Positions 18,830-27,131 of a stretch of 64,000 nucleotides of DNA are shown piece after piece. Source of the stretch: Clostridiales bacterium (GTDB taxonomy: Bacteria > Bacillota > Clostridia > Christensenellales > Aristaeellaceae); contig JAAYLK010000013.1 in NCBI GenBank assembly GCA_012521895.1, forward strand, positions 4,898 to 68,897, in the 5' to 3' direction. Numbering within the stretch: the stretch's first letter is position 1; each line of letters begins with the position of its first letter. The position numbers and the translations under genes were made by a program. A model generated the notes under the pieces. The model searched no databases. It was not told where the DNA came from and saw only the letters and a program-made list of their open reading frames with translations.

Positions 18830-19464
18830 TCAGCGCTCAACGCTTCAAACATCGCCTTGGGATCCTCCGCGGTAAAGGCGGCAGTCCCCATCACCAGGCG
18901 CGTTGCGCCAGCCTGTTTGACTTGATGGCTGTTGGCCAGGTTCACACCGCCGTCCACGCTTAAAACCCCTTCAAAACCCAGGGAACGCAAGGCTTTAAGC
19001 TTTGGCAGGGTTTCCGGCATCAGTATCTGGCCGCCAAAGCCTGGCTCCACTGACATGATCAAGACCAAGTCCAGCAAATCAAGATAGGGCGCGATTTTCT
19101 TTGCGGGTGTCGCCGGCTTGAGGGAGATCCCTGCCCCCTTGCCTGCCTGGCGGATAGCCTTGAGCATGCCGGGAACATCCCCTTCAATTTCACTATGGAT
19201 GGTGATTTGATCTGCTCCCGCTGCGACAAAATCATCCAGGTAGCGTTCTGGCTGTGACAGCATCAGGTGGACATCCAGTAAAACGTTCGGATATTCAACC
19301 CGCAAAGCCTTGACCATGGCCGGGCCAAAGGAAAAATTGGGCACAAAATGTCCGTCCATGATGTCCAGGTGCAGGATGCTGGCGCCTGCCTCAATCACTT
19401 TTGACACATCCCTGGCAACATACAATGGGTGGGCTGCCAGGACAGAGGGGGCGATTTCAAGCAT
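18826..19464 (-). CDS. rpe: Ribulose-phosphate 3-epimerase
   Basis: MLEIAPSVLAA, HLDIMDGHFVPN and SVEPGFGGQ motifs. Start at ATG 19464; the 304-aa track ORF reads through into rsgA. Confidence 0.93.
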   Translation of the reverse strand: MLEIAPSVLAAHPLYVARDVSKVIEAGASILHLDIMDGHFVPNFSFGPAMVKALRVEYPNVLLDVHLMLSQPERYLDDFVAAGADQITIHSEIEGDVPGMLKAIRQAGKGAGISLKPATPAKKIAPYLDLLDLVLIMSVEPGFGGQILMPETLPKLKALRSLGFEGVLSVDGGVNLANSHQVKQAGATRLVMGTAAFTAEDPKAMFEALSAE

Positions 19465-20341
19465 AACGCTTACTCCATTTCTCTTTTTGCAGGCCCAGCA
19501 AGACGCGGTAGCGCGCCAGGCGGTTAGGATCCAGGCGGCCGTTAAAAGCACCTTCCTGGATGGCGCAGCCGGGCTCCTTGTCATGCAGGCAGACTTCAAA
19601 CCTGCAGCCGGCTTGCAGGCTGACAAACTCCGGATAATAATCCCGCAGGTGCTCCGGCTCCATGTCTTCCGGCAGGTCCAGCAGGCTGAAACCCGGCGTG
19701 TCCAGGACCTGGAAACCATCCTGCTCAAGCAGGCTGACATGGCGTGTGGTCTGCTTGCCCCGGCGAATCTTCAGGCTGACTTCCCCGGTTTCCAGCGCTA
19801 CGCCGGTCAAGGCTGTGATTAAGGTGCTCTTGCCCACACCGGACTGGCCGGCAAAGCAGTTCAAATGCCCCGCCATGGCTTTTCTCAGGGCTTCCAGTCC
19901 ATCTGCTGTGACCGAGCTGGCCGCGATCACGTCCACCTGGGCTTGCTGGTAAGCCTTAATCAGATCCTGATGCAAGCCAGGGTCAAGGTCCGCCTTGTTC
20001 ACCACAAGCAGCGGCTTGATGCCCTGCATCCGCGCGAACACCAGCAGCTTGTCCGCCAGCAACAAATCTGGCATGGGTTCCGGGGCAAGGGTAATCATCA
20101 TCTGCGTGATGTTGGCTACCGGCGGGCGGACGCTTTGCGATGTGCGCGGCAGGATGTCTTCCAGCCAGCCGTGCTCCTCCAGGTGGCCCGGGGAGAACAT
20201 GACGCGGTCACCCACCAAGGGTGTCAGCCCAGCCCTGCGGAATTTGTTCTTGGCCCGCAAAACATATTCCTGGCCTTGTTCATCCCGCACGGTGTATAGC
20301 CCGCCGCGGCCCTGGATGATCTGCCCGGCTTGCGGCATCAT
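19457..20341 (-). CDS. rsgA: Ribosome small-subunit-dependent GTPase A
   Basis: VVNKADL, GQSGVGKSTL and a C-terminal Zn-finger (CRFEVCLHDKEPGCA). Confidence 0.93.
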   Translation of the reverse strand: MMPQAGQIIQGRGGLYTVRDEQGQEYVLRAKNKFRRAGLTPLVGDRVMFSPGHLEEHGWLEDILPRTSQSVRPPVANITQMMITLAPEPMPDLLLADKLLVFARMQGIKPLLVVNKADLDPGLHQDLIKAYQQAQVDVIAASSVTADGLEALRKAMAGHLNCFAGQSGVGKSTLITALTGVALETGEVSLKIRRGKQTTRHVSLLEQDGFQVLDTPGFSLLDLPEDMEPEHLRDYYPEFVSLQAGCRFEVCLHDKEPGCAIQEGAFNGRLDPNRLARYRVLLGLQKEKWSKRYA

Positions 20342-21978
20342 TGGGCTCCTCCCGCTGTGGGGCTGGCGCTGGGCACAGCGGTCTGTGTTGAGGTGTACAC
20401 CACCAGGTCCACCAGGCTGCCCTCCGCCACCATTTCCCCGGCGACAGGCAGCTGGGATGCCACACGGCCTTGCTGGTTGGTGTCCTCAACCTCAATATAG
20501 TCAACCTTGCCGGCTTGCAGCTTGGCCTTTTTTAGGTTGTCCGTCGCTTCTGTCCAGATCTGTCCGCTCAATTCAGGCACCAGGGCCTGGCCCAGGGATA
20601 CGCTCAGCTGAACGATGCTGCCGGCGTCCACGATGGTGCCTTCCGCCGGTTCCTGGGCGAGTACTGTGCCTTTTGGCGCAGGGTTGATGACTTCAGACAC
20701 CACCAGCGCTTCCAGGGAGATTTTGGTTAATTGCTTCTGGGCGGCCTGCAGGCTCATCTCGCTCAACTTGGGCACCGGCTTCCGCGCGGGGCCAGAGGAC
20801 ACCACCAACAAGAGGACATCGCCGCGCTTGATGGGCGTGCCGACATCATAGCTCTGGTCAATGACGACTTCCACCGGTTCATCGCTGGGGTTGCGCACCA
20901 CGCGCGTGCGGATGCCTTCCTTTTCCGCTTCACGGATGGCCACATCAAGCGGGTAACCCGTCAGCAGCGGTGTCTTGGTGGTGTTGACGATGTCCCGGTA
21001 CAGAAAATAGGTGCCCGTAATGATGCCGCCCAACAGGACCAGACCCAGGATGATCATCAGAAGCCTGTTTTGCATGGAGGAGCCCTGGGGCGCCTTCTGT
21101 CTGATTCTGGGCTTCTTGTCAGCAATCAGGACGGTGTGCAGCTGGTCTTCCTTCTCCGGTAGCAAGGCCGCGTGCAGCGCCTGGGCCATCAACAAGGCTG
21201 AGGCATAGCGGTCTCCCTGCTCCTTGGACATGGCCTTTTTGACCACCGCCTCCACTGGCGCGGAGACATCGCTGACCAGTTCACGCACCGGTTTGGCTTC
21301 TGTCTGGACGTGCTGCATGGCGACAGAGACTTGGGTTTCACCTTCAAAAGGCACCAGGCCGGTGAGCATTTCATACAGCACGCAGCCCACTGAATACAGG
21401 TCGGATGCCACCGTCGCGGTGCCGCCCTTGGCCTGCTCCGGCGAAAAATAATGAACCGACCCCATCACACCCTGCTTCTTCTCAAGGTCTGAAGTGTTGG
21501 AGCCCACCATCCGCGCGATGCCAAAGTCGGACACCTTGATGTAGCCCTGCTTGTCCACCAGGATGTTCTGGGGCTTGATGTCCCGGTGAATCACGCCGGC
21601 TTCGTGCGCGTGGCGGAGGGCTGAGAGGATGCGGATGGCAATCTGCACTGCGGTGCCCTGGGGCAGGTGCCCATGCTCTGTGATGATTTCCTTGAGGGTT
21701 TTCCCATCCACATATTCAAACACGAGATACGGAGAATTGGGGTTGTCCCCGATGTCCAGCAGGTTGACGATGTTGTGGTGGGACATGCGGCTGGCGGCGG
21801 TGGCTTCCCGGCGGAAGCGGTCCAAAAACTCCGGGTTGGTCTGCAATTCCTGGCGCAAAAACTTCACCGCGACACGGTGCCCGGTGCGCAAGTCCAGCGC
21901 CCTGTAGACAGAGGCCATCCCGCCTTCGCCGATCAATTCCTCCAGGCGGTAGCGCTCCATCAGAATGGTGCCGATCAT
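20338..21978 (-). CDS. prkC: PASTA-domain Ser/Thr protein kinase (PrkC/Stk1 family)
   Basis: Hanks kinase motifs GEGGMASVY, VAVKFL, HRDIKPQN, DFG; one TM; three PASTA-like repeats. Confidence 0.93.
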   Translation of the reverse strand: MIGTILMERYRLEELIGEGGMASVYRALDLRTGHRVAVKFLRQELQTNPEFLDRFRREATAASRMSHHNIVNLLDIGDNPNSPYLVFEYVDGKTLKEIITEHGHLPQGTAVQIAIRILSALRHAHEAGVIHRDIKPQNILVDKQGYIKVSDFGIARMVGSNTSDLEKKQGVMGSVHYFSPEQAKGGTATVASDLYSVGCVLYEMLTGLVPFEGETQVSVAMQHVQTEAKPVRELVSDVSAPVEAVVKKAMSKEQGDRYASALLMAQALHAALLPEKEDQLHTVLIADKKPRIRQKAPQGSSMQNRLLMIILGLVLLGGIITGTYFLYRDIVNTTKTPLLTGYPLDVAIREAEKEGIRTRVVRNPSDEPVEVVIDQSYDVGTPIKRGDVLLLVVSSGPARKPVPKLSEMSLQAAQKQLTKISLEALVVSEVINPAPKGTVLAQEPAEGTIVDAGSIVQLSVSLGQALVPELSGQIWTEATDNLKKAKLQAGKVDYIEVEDTNQQGRVASQLPVAGEMVAEGSLVDLVVYTSTQTAVPSASPTAGGAQ

Positions 21979-22679
21979 GCCGGCACCTCCAGCAGGATCA
22001 AGGTGATGTTGTCCCTACCGCCTCCTGCCAGCGCCAACTGCAAAAGATAATCTGCCGCAACTTCCAGGGGCTGTGTGAACGCGTGAATCAACTGCTCTGT
22101 GGTGGCATACTCAGTCAGGCCGTCCGAGCACAGCAGGAACTTGCTGCCTTTCATCTTCTCCAGGCGATAAAAATCCGTCTGCAGTGTGGCGTCCGTGCCC
22201 ACCGCGCGGGTGACGATGTTGCGGTAGGGGTAGTTGCGCGCCTGTTCCGCGTTGATGGCGCCGGAGCGCAGCAGCTCGCCCACCAGGGAATGGTCGGTTG
22301 TAACCTGGAACAACTGGCCGTTGATGTAGTGGTACGCGCGGCTGTCCCCGACATGGGCGATGAGCAGCTGCTCTTCCCCTTCCCACAGGGCAGTCAGGGT
22401 GGTGCCCATTCCCGACAGGCTGACATCCTGCAACTGGCGTTCCCAGATGCTGGTATTGGCCGCGTTGACGGCCTCCTGCAGCAAGGCTTCCTTTGGCTGC
22501 AGGCTTAATTCAATCGCCTGCAGCGCGCCGACGGCCATGGCGCTGGCCACATTCCCGCCGCGGTGCCCGCCCATGCCATCGGCGACTGCGTACAGGCAGG
22601 TCGCTTCTTCGCGCAACAGCAAGGAATCCTGGTTATTCAGGCGGATGTTCCCCTGATGGGTTCTGGCAACGGCAATCAT
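21975..22679 (-). CDS. stp: PP2C-type Ser/Thr phosphatase (Stp1/PrpC family)
   Basis: NQDS, DGMGGH, CSDGL and GGRDNIT motifs. Overlap-coupled to both rlmN and prkC. Confidence 0.93.
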   Translation of the reverse strand: MIAVARTHQGNIRLNNQDSLLLREEATCLYAVADGMGGHRGGNVASAMAVGALQAIELSLQPKEALLQEAVNAANTSIWERQLQDVSLSGMGTTLTALWEGEEQLLIAHVGDSRAYHYINGQLFQVTTDHSLVGELLRSGAINAEQARNYPYRNIVTRAVGTDATLQTDFYRLEKMKGSKFLLCSDGLTEYATTEQLIHAFTQPLEVAADYLLQLALAGGGRDNITLILLEVPA

Positions 22680-23746
22680 GGAGCGTCCCCCTGTTTGTCG
22701 TCTTGGTAGGGTGTCTTGAGCCGCTGGGCGCGCAACTGGCCGCAGGCGCCAAAGATGTCGTTGCCCAGCTGACGGCGCACAGTGGTTGAAATGTTCAACT
22801 GCGTCAGCGTTTCAAGGAAACGCTCTACCTGGGCGCGGGGAGAAGCGCGCAGGTTGCGTTCCTTGACATCATTAAGCGGTATCAGGTTCACATGGCACTG
22901 CATCCGCCGCAACCTGGAGGCAAGCTCCCTAGCGTGCTCCAACTTGTCGTTGATGCCATCAATCAGGGCATACTCAAACACGACCCGGCGTCCGGTTTTT
23001 TCGATGTAATACCGGCAAGCTTGAAGGACATCATCGATGCTGTGGGCGCGGGCGATGGGCATGATCTGCTTTCTGATCTCATCATTGGGCGCGTGCAGGG
23101 AAAGTGACAGGGTCACCTGCATGCCTTCCTCAGCCAGAGCCCTGATTTTCTGGGGCAGTCCGCAGGTGGACAGGGAGATGTGCCTGGCGCCGATGTTGAG
23201 CGTGTCCGGTGAACTGATCAGCCGCAAAAAGGCAGTGACCTGGTCATAGTTGTCCAGGGGCTCACCGCTGCCCATGAGCACAATGTTGGAAATCCTGTCA
23301 GGGCCTGCCAGCCGGTTGGCCAGGTAGCACATGCCGGCCATTTCCCCCGCGGTCAAATCACGCAGTTTGCCCTGGAGGGTGCTGGCGCAAAAGGCACAGC
23401 CCATCGCGCAGCCCACCTGGGTGGACAGGCACAGCGTGATGCCATGGTGGTAGCGCATGATGACGCCTTCCACGGTGTGGCCGTCGTGCAGCACAAACAG
23501 CAATTTTTCTGTGCCGTCCTGCTTTGAGACATGGCGCTCCAGAATGGCGGCAGGCTGGGCAAGCGCTTGCTCAGCCACTTTGGTGAGAAAGGCTCCGGGC
23601 AGGTTCTTCATCTCGTCAAACCCCACCCCCTTGACCAGCCATCCATACAGCTGCTTGGCGCGGAAGCCGGGTTCGCCCAGGCTTTTCACCCAGACGGTCG
23701 CGGCGTCCGGGGTCAGGCCGGTCAGCTGAATTTTTTGCTCGCTCAT
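22676..23746 (-). CDS. rlmN: 23S rRNA/tRNA (adenine2503-C2)-methyltransferase, radical SAM
   Basis: CAMGCAFCAS radical-SAM cluster motif. ATG 23746 overlaps the rsmB stop (ATGA). The longer track start was rejected. Confidence 0.93.
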   Translation of the reverse strand: MSEQKIQLTGLTPDAATVWVKSLGEPGFRAKQLYGWLVKGVGFDEMKNLPGAFLTKVAEQALAQPAAILERHVSKQDGTEKLLFVLHDGHTVEGVIMRYHHGITLCLSTQVGCAMGCAFCASTLQGKLRDLTAGEMAGMCYLANRLAGPDRISNIVLMGSGEPLDNYDQVTAFLRLISSPDTLNIGARHISLSTCGLPQKIRALAEEGMQVTLSLSLHAPNDEIRKQIMPIARAHSIDDVLQACRYYIEKTGRRVVFEYALIDGINDKLEHARELASRLRRMQCHVNLIPLNDVKERNLRASPRAQVERFLETLTQLNISTTVRRQLGNDIFGACGQLRAQRLKTPYQDDKQGDAP

Positions 23747-25674
23747 GCCTTCTTCATCCTTGCGATATAAAAGCCTTCCACTTTGTCCCGGTGCGGCAGC
23801 AGCTGCAAGCCCTTTTCTGTCGCGTACTCCCGCCATTGCTCCGGGATGGCAGCGGGCAGGCTGTCCATGGTGAACTCGGGGTGTTCTTCCAGGAACCGCT
23901 TGACTTGCTGTTCGTTTTCCTGGGGCAGGATGCTGCAGGTGGAGTACACCAGCACACCGCCGGGCTTGACATAGCGGGCATTGACATCCAGCAGCTTGTG
24001 TTGGATCTCAGCCAATTCCGTAACCTGCTCCGGTGTCAAGCGGTACTTCAGGTCCGGCTTGTTGTCCATGACGCCGGTGCCGGTGCAGGGGGCGTCAATC
24101 AGGACCGCGTCCATGGATTCATCAAAGCGCTCCTGGTAGACCGTGGCATCGCGGACAGCCGGGCGGACATTGTACAGGCGCAGGCGTTCCGCCTGGGCGT
24201 AAATCAACTCAACCCGGTGCTCATGCACATCCCAGGCATGGACGCGCCCGGTGTTTTGCATCAGCTCCGCCATCAGGCAGGTCTTGCCTCCGGGAGCCGC
24301 GCAGGCATCCAGCACCGACATGCCAACCTTTGGCTGGACTGCCATCACTGCCACCATGCTGCCTTCCCCCTGAATGGAGAACTTGCCGGCTAGGAAGTCG
24401 GCGTCCTGGGCGATGGAGGACGCGCCTTTAATGTGGTAAACATCCTCTATTGTTGCCGGTTCTGCCTCCCAGGTTTTCCTTTCAAGGACAGCGTCCATTT
24501 CTTTCTTGCTGACCAGTGCCAAGTTCCTGCGGATGGTGATGGCGTGGTCCGGATTGCGGTAAGCCAGGATGCCCTGTGCGGTTTCTGCCGGGTAGCTCTC
24601 TTTGATGACATCTACCATCCATTGAGGTACGGAATACATGATGCTGTCATGGTTTTCATCGCCCGGCCGCGGCCAGGGCAACTCGTCCTTGGCGCGGATC
24701 AGGGAGCGCAGGACGCCGTTGACCAGGCCTGTCATGTCCTCCATCCCACAGGCGCGGGTCAGCTCCACCGCCTCGTTTACCGCGGCAAAATCCGGGATCT
24801 TGTCCATCAGCAGAATCTGGCAGGCGGACAGCCTGAGGATGTTGCGGATGTTGCCGGTCAGCGCTTCCGCGTCCTTTAGAAACTGGCCAAGGGCAAAGTC
24901 CAGCTTCATCAGGTCTTCAATGGTTTTATAGACGATGACGGCCGCAAGGCGCTTGTCCTGCTGGCTCAAACGCATGTTTTGAAATACTTCGTCCAAAGAC
25001 AGGGAGGCATAAGCCCCGTCGTTCAAGACGCGGTTGATGACCAGGAGGGCGGCCTGGCGGGCATCCTTGCTTAAAATGGTTTCCGGTTTCGGGGCAGGAG
25101 CCGGTTTTTCTATGACCCGTGGGCTGGACGGCCTGTCGTTTGCAAACCCGCTTCCACGAGGAGGGAAGGGCCTTGGCGCGGGCTTGCCAAACTGCCTGGC
25201 GGTTGCTGGACGGCCAAATTGATGGGTTGAAGCACGTCCTTCAGCTGCCGGGGCGGGACGGCCATATTGCCTTGCAGGAGCCTGCCCTTCAGCGGACGGA
25301 GCCGGACGGCCATATTTGCGTGGCGCGTCCTGCCCTTGCGGCGCGGGGCGCCCATACTGACGGGGAGTGTCCTGCTTTTGAACAGCAGGCGCGGGGCGGC
25401 CATACTGTCTGGCAGGTGCCTGACCATCCGCGGAAGGCGCGGGACGGCCATACTTGCGGGGTTCTTCCTGGCCTTGACGGGAAGGCGCGGGACGGCCAAA
25501 CTGCCTGACCGGACCCTTCCCCTCAGCGGCTGGCGCTGGGCGGCCAAAGGAACCGCGCGGGGAAGATGAGAATGGCTTGGCGCCAGGTTTCCAGTCTGCC
25601 CCTTTTGAGAATGGGCGGTCTGCGCGCGGTTTGAACGGGCGTTTTTCCTGCCCCTGTTTGTCATGGTCGCTCAT
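23743..25674 (-). CDS. rsmB: 16S rRNA (cytosine967-C5)-methyltransferase with ~200-aa repeat-rich N-terminal extension
   Basis: NusB-like domain plus NOL1/NOP2/Sun catalytic domain (DACAAPGGKT, DAPCTGTGV, YSTCS). The ATG overlaps the fmt stop. The N-terminal 200 aa are low-complexity repeats. Confidence 0.9.
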   Translation of the reverse strand: MSDHDKQGQEKRPFKPRADRPFSKGADWKPGAKPFSSSPRGSFGRPAPAAEGKGPVRQFGRPAPSRQGQEEPRKYGRPAPSADGQAPARQYGRPAPAVQKQDTPRQYGRPAPQGQDAPRKYGRPAPSAEGQAPARQYGRPAPAAEGRASTHQFGRPATARQFGKPAPRPFPPRGSGFANDRPSSPRVIEKPAPAPKPETILSKDARQAALLVINRVLNDGAYASLSLDEVFQNMRLSQQDKRLAAVIVYKTIEDLMKLDFALGQFLKDAEALTGNIRNILRLSACQILLMDKIPDFAAVNEAVELTRACGMEDMTGLVNGVLRSLIRAKDELPWPRPGDENHDSIMYSVPQWMVDVIKESYPAETAQGILAYRNPDHAITIRRNLALVSKKEMDAVLERKTWEAEPATIEDVYHIKGASSIAQDADFLAGKFSIQGEGSMVAVMAVQPKVGMSVLDACAAPGGKTCLMAELMQNTGRVHAWDVHEHRVELIYAQAERLRLYNVRPAVRDATVYQERFDESMDAVLIDAPCTGTGVMDNKPDLKYRLTPEQVTELAEIQHKLLDVNARYVKPGGVLVYSTCSILPQENEQQVKRFLEEHPEFTMDSLPAAIPEQWREYATEKGLQLLPHRDKVEGFYIARMKKA

Positions 25675-26618
25675 GTGTTTACCTCATCCATCTTCATGGA
25701 TCCTTCTCCCTTGTAGGGATGTCCCCGCAAATAATCCTTGCTGTCCATGGCCTTGCCACCCGGGGCTTGCATCAGCTTCACCAGCAGGTTGCCTTCCCCT
25801 GTCTGCACAATCAAGCCCTGTTTGGTGTCCGCGGTCAGGATTGTGCCCGGCAAGGCTTGCTTGTCTGATGGCATAACATCTGCTGAGATGATTTTGATCA
25901 TCCCCCAGGGGGAACCTGTATTGGCGCCCGGCCAAGGCTGCACACCCAAAATCAGATTTTGTATTTCCTTCGCGCTGTAGTCCCAATTGATGAACCCGGT
26001 CTGCTTGGTCAGCATCGGGTAGTAGGACATTTTGTTCTCATCCTGCTTTTGCCTTGGGCAAGTGCCGGTTTTGATGCGTTCAATGGTATCAAGCAACAAG
26101 GCAGCCCCCAGGCGCGCCAGTCGCAGGGTTAGTTCACCGGCGGTCTCATTCTTCAGAATGTCCAGTGATTTTTGCAGCAGGATGTCCCCAGTGTCAATTC
26201 CCGCGTCTGTCATCATGGTGGTGACGCCGGTGGTCTTTTCACCCTTGATGATGACCCAATTGGCAGGCGAGGAGCCCCTGTATTCCGGCAGCAGGGAGGC
26301 ATGCACATTGACGGTGCCAAGCGGCGGCACATCAAGGATGTCCTGCGACAGAATCTGGCCATAGGCCGCCGTTACGCACAGGTCGGGTTTCAATGCCTTC
26401 AGGTCTTCCAGCCCCTCATCACGGATGCGCCTTGGCTGGAAAACCGGTATGCCGTGTTCCAGGGCCACAAGCTTGCTCAATGGCATCTCCACCTTGCCGC
26501 CGCGGCCTTTGGGCCGGTCAGGCTGGGTGAACACACCAACCACCTGGTGGCCAGCTTCAAGCAAGACCTGCAAACAGATGGCCGCGTACTCCGGCGTTCC
26601 CATAAAAACAATGCGCAT
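25671..26618 (-). CDS. fmt: Methionyl-tRNA formyltransferase
   Basis: MRIVFMGTPEYA and HASLLPEYRGSSP motifs. Start at ATG 26618; the track ORF start at 26762 reads through def. Confidence 0.93.
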   Translation of the reverse strand: MRIVFMGTPEYAAICLQVLLEAGHQVVGVFTQPDRPKGRGGKVEMPLSKLVALEHGIPVFQPRRIRDEGLEDLKALKPDLCVTAAYGQILSQDILDVPPLGTVNVHASLLPEYRGSSPANWVIIKGEKTTGVTTMMTDAGIDTGDILLQKSLDILKNETAGELTLRLARLGAALLLDTIERIKTGTCPRQKQDENKMSYYPMLTKQTGFINWDYSAKEIQNLILGVQPWPGANTGSPWGMIKIISADVMPSDKQALPGTILTADTKQGLIVQTGEGNLLVKLMQAPGGKAMDSKDYLRGHPYKGEGSMKMDEVNT

Positions 26619-26634
26619 GTGTTCTACAGACACC

Positions 26635-27114
26635 TCAGTCGTCCTGGTCCTCGTCTTCCTCTTCAGGGAAGATTTCTCGCTCCATTTTGTCCACATACAG
26701 CACGCCATCCAGGTGGTCAATCTCATGCTGGATGCAGCGGGCAAGCAAGCCATCGGCTTCAAAGGTGAATGGTTTTCCGGTCTTGTCCTGGGCGTTCACT
26801 GTCACCTTTTCAGGGCGGCTCACCAGGCCGCGACGTCCGGGCACGCTTAAGCAGCCCTCCACCATGTCGCACAGGCCTTCTTTGTTCGTGATTTCCGGGT
26901 TGACAAACTCTATCAGCCCATCCCCCACATCCACCACCACAAGCCGCCGCTGGATGCCCACCTGCGGACCCGCCAGGCCGACGCCATCCGCCTGGTACAT
27001 GGTCTCCGCCATGTCGCGCAGGATGACGCCCAGGCGCGCGTCAAACTTGGTGATGGGGTTGGCGATTTTGCGCAGTTCCGGCGCGCCGATTGTAAAAATT
27101 TTCTTTCGAGACAT
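26635..27114 (-). CDS. def: Peptide deformylase
   Basis: GVGLAGPQV, EGCLS and QHEIDHLDG motifs. ATG 27114 has GGAGG upstream. Confidence 0.93.
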   Translation of the reverse strand: MSRKKIFTIGAPELRKIANPITKFDARLGVILRDMAETMYQADGVGLAGPQVGIQRRLVVVDVGDGLIEFVNPEITNKEGLCDMVEGCLSVPGRRGLVSRPEKVTVNAQDKTGKPFTFEADGLLARCIQHEIDHLDGVLYVDKMEREIFPEEEDEDQDD

Positions 27115-27131
27115 GCAGTCCTCCGTTATCG

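Noticed and set aside
18826-19740. 5'-extended versions of genes in the ORF track: rpe to 19740, rlmN to 23836, fmt to 26762, rpoZ to 30875, gmk to 31519, yicC to 32414, hpt to 59550, cdaA to 50177, and the hypothetical ORF to 48219.
   Set aside because: The extensions run through the preceding gene in another frame and have odd Cys/Trp/Arg-rich composition. Family homology plus a Shine-Dalgarno sequence begins at an internal start that abuts or neatly overlaps the upstream stop.
25110-25664. Alternative-frame ORFs across the RsmB repeat region (25110..25664 minus; 25119..25508 and 25267..25569 plus).
   Set aside because: They are by-products of the ~45-nt tandem repeat, which keeps several frames open. 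Only the rsmB frame continues into recognisable NusB and methyltransferase domains.
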